A DNA stretch of 64,000 nucleotides from Scyliorhinus canicula. Lineage: Eukaryota. Below the pieces are notes generated by a model, which was given only the letters and a program-made list of their open reading frames with translations, was not told the origin of the DNA and did not search any database. Every line of letters begins with the position of its first letter. Positions within the stretch are counted from its first letter, which is position 1. The translations under genes and the position numbers were made by a program. Below, one piece after another: positions 23,839 through 35,195 of this stretch. The DNA lies in the NCBI RefSeq assembly GCF_902713615.1, contig NC_052147.1, positions 22,184,276 through 22,248,275 of the forward strand, read 5' to 3'.

Positions 23839-24918
23839 CCTTGTTGAAGGATGAATGCTGGGGTATTTTTGCTCTCCACCCGGTGAGGTATATGGGCCTC
23901 ATTTTAACATCTAATTCAAAAGATACCACCTCCAACAGAGCAACTCCTTCCTCAGAATTGTAGTGAAGTGACAGTTTGCATGATGTGCTTAAATCCTGGC
24001 ATGGGAATACATCACCATCTGAATTAGACAGGTGTTGCCATTGAACCACCTACTTCAAGCTGTCTTACAACATGTAATGTGATATGAGATAAATTGCAAT
24101 TACTAAACATCCTGAAATGATTTCGACTTTACAGATAGTTGCACTTCTTTACTAAGTAAGATACTATTTGTTTGTAATTTTCCATCTAATTTGATTATAA
24201 ATTTAGAGGGATCATGTGGCGCCACTTATTTCTTTCATTATTTGAATTACATATTTCACACGTGGAGATGTACAAATAGCTTATCCTACTGTTCAATGAG
24301 ATATTTGTATAATTTGAAACCTGGATAGGTAATCAAACAAGTAACTACCATAGCTGCAAATGATTCTCACTTTCAAAATTAGTTCCCATTAGATCTGGTA
24401 TTCTAGGACGAGAAGCGAGCGTTTGTACACCTCTGAGGGAGAACTGCACTCGACAGTGAGTATGGGATGGGGAATCAGCACTTGACATTGTCACTCCATT
24501 CCTGCTCTCTTCTGTCTCCTCGTAGCAAGGGATCACAGTGCCACCCTTTAGGTATCCATTTAACTCCAGTGTCCAACTTTCAGGTATATAGCAGCAGATT
24601 TGAAATGGTGAACCCCACGGCAGGAATAATACCCTGTCCCCAGATGTTGGTAGCGTGATCTATAAGTTAAATATACGATGGTAGTGACATGCAGTAGTGA
24701 AGTATTAGTATTGCATACTTTTAAGTCTTTCCCATGACATTGATCCTGCACAAATTCATGAGTCTTTCATAAGGTGAATGTTTATCCATCCAGTCTACAG
24801 GCAAATCTGTTGGACAGCACAATGGATATAACTCCACACATGCCGCAGTAAAGTAACATTATTTAAAAAAATATCACTGACTGATGTTGTTGGCAGAAGT
24901 CCCTTGACTCAAAGCTGA

Positions 24919-25661
24919 GGCTGGGATTCTTTGACCCCGCGCCGGTTCGGAGAATCGCCGGGGGGTGGTGGGGGTGGGGGTGGGGGGTGGGGGGGGGGGG
25001 GAGGCGGTGGGAGGGGGGGGGGGGTGACAATCACGCCACGCCACCCCGCTGCCGGCTCGCCGATTCTCCGGCACCGATTCTCAGGCGCCTGCGGGATCGT
25101 CGCCGTGCCAGTCGGGGGCCGTTGAAAGTGGCCCCCGCGGCGATTCTCTGGGAATCGATGTGCCGAGTGCCAACCGAGTTTGGCCCGGTCCAGCCAGCGT
25201 TGGTTACGTATTGTCCCACCCGGCGGGACCTCAAAGTTCTTTCCTGGTGGGAGGTGCGGGAGATCCAACCCCGGGAGGGGGGCCTCCACAGTGGCCTGGC
25301 CTGTGATCGGGGCCTACCGATCGGCGGGCGGGCTAGTTCCTCCACATCAGTCCCCTGTAGGGCTCTCCCATATTGCCCTGGGGCCGGTACGGAGACGGGA
25401 ACCCACACGCATGTGCGAACTCTCGCTGGCCGTGGTGCGCATGCGCGAACTCACACCAGCCGTGGCGCGCATGTGTGGACTTGCGCCGGCCGTGGCGCGC
25501 TGGCTTTCGGGCTCCGGAGCTGTCGACCCCACTCTGGTGCTGTACTAGCCCCTTAGGAAGGGGTGGATACCTGCAACTTGCGGCCCGTTGACGCCGGAGT
25601 GGCTCACGCCGCTTTTCATGCTGGCGTCAGAACTTGGCCGCGGGATTGGAGAATCCCGGCC
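24919..25661. mobile_element. GC-rich non-autonomous Harbinger element (MITE)
   Basis: TIR ggctgggattct / agaatcccggcc; homologous to 20162-20877. Confidence 0.8.
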
Positions 25662-25679
25662 GAAGACTATTATATTATT

Positions 25680-26021
25680 TAAATGCAGAACTCTGCGGCA
25701 CAGGGGGATCTGGGTGACCTGGCACATGAATCACAAAAGCAAGTACAGCAAGTAAGTTGGAAGGCAAAGGAATGTTGCTATTTATTGCAAGGGCAATCAA
25801 ATATACAAGTAGCAAAATGTTTCTCCAGTTGTACAGGGCCTGAGTGAGATCACATCTGGAGCACTGTGTACAGTTTTGGTCTCCGCAGGAGGTGAATTGG
25901 AAGTAGGTCATTCGGCCAATTCCTTGGATGAAGGGCTTATATCATGAGGAATGGCTGAGCGGGTTGGGCCTAGAACCATTGGAGGTCAGAAGAATGAGAG
26001 GTGATCTGATTGAATCATATA
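25680..26021 (+). mobile_element. CR1 ORF2 C-terminal remnant (resumes at about 28600-28830)
   Basis: LLQLYRA.VRSHLEHCVQFWSP...RRMRGDLIE; the 3' UTR-like part follows the Harbinger insertion. Confidence 0.75.
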
Positions 26022-26258
26022 GGGGGTGATTTCATGGAAATGTTTCTAAGTGTGGTAGCTAGCGGGAACTGCGGCGAGCATCCCGACGCTCAACCCGGTG
26101 AGGCCTTCACCGGTATCAAGCGTTAATTGCTCCACTTAATGAGGCCCCAAGGGCTTCACGCAGCAAATGATGGCCCCACCGGCTTATTCACCGGGACCAG
26201 ACCGCCAACAAGAGGGAGCAGCACATCCTGCAGAGCAGACCCCACACAGCTAGCAGCC

Positions 26259-27167
26259 ATGCCTCCGAGGAGACCAGCCCCACGATTCGGGGATGCCAGA
26301 TTGTTGGATGCAGTCGAGTGCAGACAGGATGCTCTGTTAGCCCGAGAGGCTCAGAGGGTCAGCCACAGGGCACCCAGTGGCACCTGGGCGTGGCAGCGGC
26401 CATCTGCTCAGGGAGCATCACCAGGAGGACCGTAACAAGATCAACAACCTCCACCAGGCTGCATGGGTGAGGGCACCTGCCCCCACCACCACCAACCCCC
26501 CCCCCCCCCCCCCCCCCCCACCCGCACGATGACCTTGTGCCTGGCACTGGCCCTGCCCAGCACCATACCATGCCCCAGCTCACCCATGTTCAGCAGTGCT
26601 GCCCATGACTGCCCCTCATCATCTCCCCCCTCCCCCCCACCATGATGAACGATGGGTGTGGCTCACGATGCCCTGTCTGTGTCTCTGCAGGAGAAGTTGA
26701 CCCACAACTGACAGGAGAGTGCCCAGACAGGTGGCGGGGTGCCGGATATCAGAGTCCTCACCCCCGACAAGGACCGAGCCTGGAGGCCGCGGGGGTGGCC
26801 GAGTACAGATCGGTCACCGATGTAGAGTTTGGTGTACAATCAGGAGGTGGGGGCGCGGAGTGCCAACTCGGAGCCACCTTATAAGTGGTGACAGCGGCCA
26901 CCAGGTCCCCCGATTTCCTGCCCCCTTACTACGGTGTGTCTCAGAGTCGGTCAGCGGAAAAGAGTGGCACAGCGAGGCATGTGTCGCCGACTAGTGGGCC
27001 AGGGCCCTCCGCTCCGGCCCCAGGACCCCCAAGGACGCCCACCAAGGTCATCGAAGGCCACTGGATGCGGTAGGCAGCAGGCTGCCTCCATCTCTGATGT
27101 GCATCCTGAGGACACACCTAGATGTAGCAGTAGAGCACAGAAGGCTAAGCAGGTCGAGGATCACTGA
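26259..27167 (+). pseudogene. Harbinger Myb/SANT-like DNA-binding protein, spliced and degenerate
   Basis: MPPRRPAPRFGDARLLDAVECRQDALL...; C-rich intron ending gtctctgcag at 26689; then EKLTHN*QESAQTGGGVPDIRVLTP. Confidence 0.72.
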
Positions 27168-27619
27168 GAGGGCACTGGGGGGGGGGGGGTGGTTGGGGTG
27201 TGGCATCATCAGGGCTAGGGTCAGTTGGGGACAATAACGCACATAATTAACAAGCGTTACACCCGGGAAATATGATGCTTCTGCCACTTTTTTCAATCCT
27301 CTGCTCTAGCCCCTTGGGCAAGATGATCCTGGATATCACACCCCACCCTACCCAGGCACACAACATGCGGGTGATGGGTGTGAGCAAACAGTCATCAGAC
27401 TTGCAGGAGTCAGACAATGGCATAGACTGAGGAACACCATCGCTCAGCTCTCAGCAGGTTATCATCACCACCCTGCCTTCACAAGTGACCCATCTATAGC
27501 GCCAAAACAGCCCCAGCACCCTGGGGTGATGTTACACAGATTGGGTACGGTGGAAAAGGGTGGTTCGGAGAGAGGGGCGAACGAATGGTGGGGAGGGGGA
27601 AGAACAGACATGCGGAGGA

Positions 27620-28565
27620 AGCCACGTGCTAAGTGAAGCGGACGAGGAAGAGGGCTTCTCTCGTCCTCCAGGCTTGCCAGAACCTCGGCGCTGCCGCCTG
27701 TCCTCCATCCTCTGGCTGGTCCTACACATCCTCTAGCCCCTCCAGGTCCTTCGCCTCCTCTTCCTCCTCCTTGAAGGTGGCCACATGTTCCTCCCCTTCT
27801 ACCTCCAACACGTCGTCCCGCTGCTGTGCCAGATTGTGGAGGGCACAGCAGACCACAAGGGGGGCAACCCTCGAGGGAGTGTACTGCAATTCATCACCAA
27901 AGTGGTTCAGGAGCGGCACGGTGGCACAGTGGGTACCACTGCTGCCTCACGGCACCGAGGTCCCAGGTTCAATCCCGGCCCTGGTCACTGTCCGTGTGGA
28001 GTTTGCATGTTCTCCCCGTGTTTGTGTGGGTTTCACCCCCACAACCCAAAGATGTGCAGGTTAGATGGATTGAAGACGCTAAATTGTCCCTTAATTGGAA
28101 AAATGAATTGGGTACACTAAAATTTTAAAAAATCAAAGTAGTTGAGGCATTGGAACTGCTTTTTGATGAGTCCAATGTACCGCTCAATGACAGCCCGGGT
28201 GGCCGCATGGGCCTCATGGATTTCCACAGCGGCCACCGGCCTCCGTACTGACGTCATTAGCCAGGCCCTCAGCGGGTATCCTTTATCCCCCAAGAGCAAA
28301 CCGGCCGGCCTGGGGTGTTCCTCGAAGAGGCTGGGGGCTGGGTCCACCTGCCCCAGGAAGTAGATGTTGTGCACACTCCCTGGGAAGCATGCACATGCGT
28401 GGAGTGGAGCCCCTTCCTGTTGATGTAGGACACTCCCTGATGGCCCAGTGTGTGCAAAGCGATATGCGGGCCACCTATTACCCCTGGACCTGGGGCATCC
28501 CAGCGATGATGATAATTCCGCTGGCCGGGTATCTTGTTGGACCTGGTCCATGCCAAAGTTGGTGT
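27620..28565 (-). pseudogene. Harbinger DDE transposase, degenerate and interrupted by a SINE
   Basis: YINRKGLHS, LLLGDKGYPLRAWLMT, HAATRAVIERYIGLIK.QFQCL, LQYTPSRVAPLVVCCALHNLAQQR and an acidic tail. Confidence 0.88.
27910..28132 (+). mobile_element. Short A-tailed V-SINE inside the transposase
   Basis: Consensus match. Confidence 0.9.
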
Positions 28566-29029
28566 TGGTCACCTGATTTCGAATTAGTCAAGCATACATT
28601 CCTGCACTTTATTTTAGACAGCGAGTTCTGGAATGTACTGTCTGAAAAGTGGCGAATGCAGGTCCAGTCTAATATACAAAAGGTAATTGGTGAAGAACTT
28701 GAAGTGAAAGAAATTCTAGGGCTATAGATAAAGAGCTGGGGAGTGAAATTAATTAGATAGCTCTACAAAAAAGGCATGAAGGACTGAATGGGCATGAATG
28801 TTGTTCTAAGGCTGTGTTCTGTGATTCTAATAAGTCTCCATTAACTTTTCCTCAGTGAAAATAAATAACAATTGTTATAGATTATAGCTCAAAGGTAACT
28901 GTGGCAATATTCAAATATGATGCTTAATGTTTTTGGAAATGTTGACCCATTAATGCGATACACTATGCTTATATCAGCAGAGGAATACCATCTAAACAGG
29001 TTAGGCTTTGTGTATTCTCTGTGACTCTG

Positions 29030-29575
29030 ATATGTACTTTCTTTCGAAGGAGGGCGAAGCCTGTCTTATTTGGTTCTGTCAGGTGCAGCGATCGTGGAAA
29101 ACTTCTCCTCGAACTCTGGGCCAATATCGAACTCCTAAGCAAAGCATTCAGAGTGCTTCTTCTTGGTGCTTCCTTTGATCGCCATGGGAACGCATCCCAG
29201 ACTCAAGCTATGTGTCGAAAATTTGTGAGTGTCAGGCATTATGGCTACGTGACCAGCCTAACTCAGTTGAGACTGTCTCAATATGGTACAGACGCTTGGC
29301 AAGTCAGCTGAAGTGAGCATCTCAGTATCTGGTATCTTGTCTTGTCGTCTGATCTTCAGAAACTTCCAAAAGCAGCTCAAGTGAAAATGGTTGAGCTACT
29401 TGACATCATGCCGGGACACAGTCCAAGTCTTGCATGCGTAGAGCAAGGTGGACAGGAGTATTGCTCGATAGACTTTCAGGTTAGAAGGCAGATTTACTCT
29501 TTATCATTTCCAGAAGGATGTTTGAAGCCTGCCAAAAGCCACACTTACTTTGCAATTCTTGCATGTGTGCAGCAG
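29030..29575 (-). mobile_element. RTE-clade LINE ORF C-terminal remnant
   Basis: Minus-strand RIAKVSVAFGRL...LKVYRAILLSTLLYACKTWT...LNHFHLSC...LKIRRQDKIPDTE...QL..AGHVA.MPD. Confidence 0.82.
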
Positions 29576-30771
29576 AGATAAGTGAATTTATGGGGGTCTT
29601 CTGGACAATCCCCAGTGACTAGTGAAATTAAGTAGGGCTATGTGTGAGCACCAACCCTATACAATCCATTAACATGTGAAACAATGACACTATCCAGCAA
29701 TTTGGACATCTGAATGGGCTTGAATATGTTTTTAATTTTGCTTACAAATAAAACAGAATGTTACTGAAATTTATAATAAACTATGAAACTTTTAAACACA
29801 TCTAATAGCACCTTCTAATTGTGAAATATTTATTTGTACAGAAACTGGTAGCTGGAGAACTCAAAACACTGAACTGAAAATGATAAACCGCAGAAAGTGG
29901 CAATTCAGTTTGATCCTCCATGACTTGCTCATGGACAAAGCTTAAAACTGCTTTATCCCTCTTCTTCTGTAACTGTCACTTTCGTTGTCTTTCACTGTAT
30001 AACTGCTTCTGTCTTCCCCTTTCAGAGAGGGGAAATTAGCCTTCTCAAGAGCTAACGTATGCATTAAGTATTCAGTAACAGGTATAATTTAGTATTGGAG
30101 CATTAGTGCAATTTTCTGCGCTCCCAAAATTCCCTTCCGTTTATGCATATTGACGTACCGACCTGGCATTAATGGTATTTTTGATCATTAAGGGCTTGTT
30201 AAGCGCCAATTAAAGTCAAACATCCAAATTTATATCCACTTGCCTTTCAGCCCATACTGCATTAGCGGTATGGCTGCAAAGGTGATCTGAAGGCAGCATA
30301 GAGAATTGCAAGTTCCACCGTGGATCAGAAAGGGAGGCGGTGTTAACAGTGGTTCACAACTGTATGGCTGTTTTATTTCTCGAGGCATGTTGATGGAGGA
30401 TGAGCATCAAGCTACTGGATTATTTTATGTTAAATGTGTTCATTTTGATTCGCATTGCTATTTATCTACATGTATGACAGCCTCCACATATGCCATGCCA
30501 CATGTATTCACCAATTTCCAGATTACCACACAGTTGTGCATTACCATAATGATCACTCTGGCGCACTTAAGCTTCCAGAAGGATAGAATTTTAACGCTCG
30601 CTTAATTCGCTGCTTACACGGCGAGAGTAAATTTATTCTCACTGTCTCCCTCTTTCTTTGTCTCTTTTGTTTCCCACATTCTTTCCTTTGTCATCATTCT
30701 GAATATCTGTAATTCTCTGATCTTTCTACCTTTTTTCTCTTCTTCCCTGGGCGCACTAAATCTTGCTGCAG

Positions 30772-30854
30772 TTCTGGGTGCCCTCTCGCTGGTCCCTCAG
30801 CCAGATGCCCAAACATCTCCAGAAAGCCGAGGGCAATCGGACAAGATAACAGAG
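30772..30854 (+). other. Candidate internal (cassette) exon of an unidentified host gene, 83 nt
   Basis: About 110-nt pyrimidine-rich upstream tract, branch-like cactaa, tgcag| acceptor and GAG|gtaggc donor; two of three frames open. Confidence 0.5.
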
Positions 30855-31454
30855 GTAGGCATTTCAATCCAGCGAGTGTACCAGTTAAGGTCTCCCCGCC
30901 AAAGAGACGTTCACATGCGCGCTTTCTGGCAGGCGTTGGTATATGGTACACCCTGGCTGATTTTTAGTGCCCCTCCCTTGTCAAGGAGAAGTTGATGTAA
31001 TCATGAGGACGTGAACATCTGTCCCAGCTACAATCAGCTAGCTGGAATATGGAAAAATATTGTTCTTGAAGACAATATAACATGGTGTGTGCAAAAGTAC
31101 ATAAAATTCTAGCGTTTATGTGCCCACAAAATATGCGACTATCATTATACATGATGATTGTTTGCTGAGAAAGAAACTAACATACAACAGGCATGCCTGA
31201 GGTGCAAATTAATTATGTGGTACTGATATCATGAAGTACTTGATTTTGTTTGAATAATCTGAGCATTACAAAGTATTTATCAATTTATCAGGCTTTATAT
31301 TTTTAGTGGTGCTGATTAAGTAGTTGCTAATGTCCAGTATCAGCATCCACATGCGTCAAGTGGAATTTATGCATGTGCCAGACACAAATATTTTGGCACA
31401 TGATTAGCACAACACTTTGCTAAGTGTTTATTGCAAGTTGATTTAATCATTTAT

Positions 31455-31680
31455 TTATGGCCTGGCCAAGATTGACCGCTTTGCCAATATCTCTACAAGA
31501 GATGATCTAATCATTTATCACATGGTTGTTTGTGGGAGCTTGCTGTGCCTAAATTTGGCTGCTCAATTTCCTGCATTATAACAGTGATGACACACTACCA
31601 AAAGTTCCTCACTGATTGTAAGGTGTTTTCAGCCATTCTTGGGTGGAGAAAAGTGCAAAAAACGTGCTGTCTCTTTCAGG
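31455..31680 (+). mobile_element. DeuSINE (SacSINE1-like) 3' remnant
   Basis: tcatttatcacatggttgtttgtgggagcttgctgtgcctaaatttggctgc Deu-domain-like core. Confidence 0.7.
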
Positions 31681-31699
31681 TAAGGACCTGACTTTCGAG

Positions 31700-32000
31700 C
31701 TAGCTTAAAAATCTTCCCTTTGGCAGTCCCTCGGGATGGAGGGTGACTTGGCTCCTAAGATGGCTGATCTGCTGACCCATGCAGGACAGTTGATGTGTGT
31801 AGGGTCTGGTAGATGACGTCCTTGGAGGTTTGCACGCCCTCTCCGGCACCTCAACTTCACCACTGCACGTTCCCAACCAGACTTCTCGATGTGCTCGCTG
31901 CCTTCCCGAATGAGCGTTCTCCATTTCGATCGGTCACAAACCCGGGTCTCCCAGGAGCCAGCGGAGATGTTTGACCTCTTTGGGTAGGTGCCTTTGAAAT
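31700..32000 (-). mobile_element. RTE LINE 3' end remnant
   Basis: Minus-strand KRSNISAGSWETRVCDRSKWRTLIREG..., followed by a 3' UTR-like end. Confidence 0.7.
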
Positions 32001-32009
32001 AGATTTACA

Positions 32010-32190
32010 TCAGTTGGACAGCTGGTTTGTGATGCAGAGCGAGGGTTCAATCCCCGTACCGGCTGAGGTTATTCACAAAGGCCTGTCTTTTGTGATCCTC
32101 AGGTTAAATCACCACCAGTCAGCTCTCTCTGTCAAAGAGGAAAGCAGCCTATGGTCATCTGGGACTGTGGTGACTTTTACTTACTTTACA
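32010..32190 (+). mobile_element. tRNA-derived SINE remnant
   Basis: ggttcaatcccc B box; homologous to 10000-10160. Confidence 0.65.
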
Positions 32191-32639
32191 TCAACTGCAG
32201 GCAACACAACTTCAGTCAGTCCACACACACACACACACACACGCGCACACAGCTACTAATCAACCTATTATCAGTGAATGACATTGATTGAATATGCCTG
32301 ATAATGCATCTGACTTTCTTACTAGACACTGGCCCCTCCATGATAATAACCCCCTTCCCCATATCACCACTCTCACCACCACCCCCATTCCCCCAGCCCC
32401 CGTTTAAGCGAACTAAATAATCTCCAGCAGCCAAGTAAGTAAAACCAGACATTTTGGAAAGTCGAATTTCAACTCCATTTACATAACAAAGCCCCGAGGA
32501 TGAGGAATGATAAATGTGACAGAAGTCTCTCTTGGAAATAAACTGTCAGTCGCGCCCCAAGATTCTCCTACTAAGCACATTCTTGGAACAAAATCATGCA
32601 ACTGCAGCGGAAAAAAAAAATTGAATGCCACTGAAAAAA

Positions 32640-33200
32640 AATCTTCATTTTCTGCAAGAAAATCCCTACCTTAAAAAAAATGAAATGACATTATGCATAT
32701 GAAAATGTCCAGAATGATGTTAGATTTATGCATACATCAGACACAAATTCTATTACTACACGCGCGCTGTTGTGTAATTGCACTCTGAACACATGACTGC
32801 ACTGATCAAATCTGATCTCATTAAGTCAGACACGGACAGTGAAGGAGTCAAGAGGAATTTACGACTTGGACACTTGAAAGAAGTAAATTGCAATCCTGTT
32901 TGAAAGCCCCTCCCCCCCAACACCCCACCCCCCCACCCCTTCTAACACCTACCCCCCCCCACCCCAGCGGCCTTGGTTGTGGGCTCTCTGATTAAGGTCA
33001 CACTGAATGTTCATTATTGGCTTGGCTAATGTGATTGCACTGGAACAATACCCTTGAACTTGCCGGCTCTGATGTGCATACTAATTGCCTAATTTGTCCT
33101 TCACAATGACCTTGGCAGGGCCATCCGGTTCTCTTGTGATCTGCCAGGCAGTTTCTAATCACAAATCGTCATCAATGAATAAGTACACACTATCTATCAA
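32640..33200. promoter_or_regulatory. Putative enhancer / conserved non-coding element
   Basis: Unique TE-free sequence with TTTACGAC, TATGCATA x2, AAGGTCA, AACAAT, TGACCTTGG and several TAAT cores. Confidence 0.35.
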
Positions 33201-33228
33201 CCCTCCTTTCCCAGTCAGTCTCTCATTT

Positions 33229-33262
<34 letters not shown>

Positions 33263-34195
33263 GCATCAAATCAAAAAATACTCATACATTTCTTCCTCCA
33301 TTTCTCTCTCCTTAGCCACTTTTATTTCCCCCTCCCTCTATATCCTTTGACAAATAAACTAATATTTGAGACAAAAATTGGTTCCTTCTTGTTTCCCATC
33401 AAACATTTCCTTGCTGTCTCCTCTTACCACCCCTGTCAAAACAAAGATTCTCCCATTATCTTTTTTTTGCACATTTCTCTCTCTCCCTCCCTGCCCCCCC
33501 CCCCCCCCCCCCCCCGACCCATACCTTCCAACTCGTCACTTCCATCTGCCTTAAAGTGCACAAGGGGCAACGTCCCCTCAGTCCAACTCTTCACTCATTT
33601 ATACCTGCTTTACGCCCCTGTGGCCAGGAATCTCTCCGAGCTGCAAAGCTGATTTCATTTCGCATTGAGACTCTTTCCTGGTGACACCACCAGCTTCCGA
33701 TGTGTGAATCTGCCACGTGGAATTCACCCAGGCCAAACAACGTCACTTTCAGGTTGACAGTCGTCCGTGGGATGCAACGAGAAGCACAAGGGTGTGTTGG
33801 GAACGGGTGGCACCAACACAGACCTTGCACCACGTGGAGGCAACTTGTTTACCCATGAGAGAGAGAGGGAGGGGGAGCAAATTCCCTCTGTGCGTGGGAG
33901 GGAGCAAAATCATAAATGTATTTAATACAGGACGGGTTTGTGATTGCAGTGTGTAATATGTAAATATTACACCTGATTTCCCTCACTTTGCTGTGATAAA
34001 TATATGTGAGTCGGTGTCAGTGATTTGGGGACCATCTTTGTTTCATTTTACTTTCATTTATTTCCCCTCTCTTTACTCCCTTTCAACCCATAGAAAACCA
34101 TGCTCTCCAGAAAGTATTGCAACTTCTCCAGCCACTCTACGAATAAATCTATATTGTGACATTCATAATCGCCTTCATATCGCGGTGGTTATAAT

Positions 34196-34438
34196 ATTTT
34201 TATATATTTTAAAAAATAAATAAATTTATAGTACCCAATTCATTTTTTCCAATTAAGGGGGCAATTTAGCGTGTTCAATCCACCTACCTTGCACATCTTT
34301 GGGTTGTGGGGGCGAACCCCACGCAAACACGGGGAGAATGTGCAAACTCCACACGGACAGTGACCCAGGGCCGGGATTCAAACCTGGGACCTCGGCGCCG
34401 TGAGACTGCAGTGCTACCACTGCGCCACCGTGCTGCCC
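34196..34438 (-). mobile_element. Short A-tailed V-SINE
   Basis: Consensus match; 14-bp TSD gtggttataatatt. Confidence 0.92.
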
Positions 34439-35195
34439 TAGTGGTTATAATATTAACAAGTTGGAACGAAATAGCCTCCTCTGTGCTGTAACCATTCTGT
34501 GATTCGAACATTATAATATCGCTTTATTAAGGTTGTACAGTAAAATAAGTTGTAGAAAAATCATTTATATCCCGCTTTACTCGCCCTACCCTTTCCTGCG
34601 TAATCTTTTATTTTCCAGTCATTCAATTGTTTCTTTTTTAAGATCCTATTTTGAACCAAACTAACCTTTTTTTCCTTCTCGACACATTAATCCACTTTAC
34701 TTTTTTTCAAGCCAGATCACCTCGCTGCAAATCCTTCCCTGAGTGGTTTTAAAGCCTATTTATTTTACACCGCATCAGGAGATAGGTGAGGGAAAGCCTT
34801 GGCTGATTGGATTATCAGAGTAACAGGTTTCCTCGTACGACTGCCAACTCCAGGAAGTTCAAAGCATTCAACAGTAAGATGGCGGCACTGAATGGAGAAT
34901 GCGTTTAAATCAGTAATCTCAGTAGTAGGGGCGAGGGTAAATTTTGTTTAGGCACGGACATTGATAAGAGATTGACTTCCACAGCGCGTTGGAAGTTTTT
35001 CTTCAACTCGCGGTTTGGGGTTTCAATCCAACCCACTCTGAGAGCATATTCCACTTATCGCCTTCTAAATCCAATTTCTCCGTCGGGACTAAAATAATTG
35101 TGACGATCATTTTTTTCCCCAGTGCCCATGCATCTAATAATAATAATCTTTATTATTGTCACAAGTAGGCTTACATTAACACTGCAATGAAGTCA

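Larger units (their letters stand above)
26022..28570. mobile_element. PIF/Harbinger transposon remnant with convergent Myb/SANT (+) and transposase (-) pseudogenes
   Basis: Inserted in a CR1; gggggtgatttc terminus; same two-gene layout as 1-2170. Confidence 0.85.

Noticed and set aside
30772-30800. SGCPLA resembling a MYT1/ST18 C2HC zinc-finger end; 83-nt length resembling PAX2 exon 10
   Set aside because: The downstream residues do not match either family and no neighbouring exons of those genes occur in the 64 kb.
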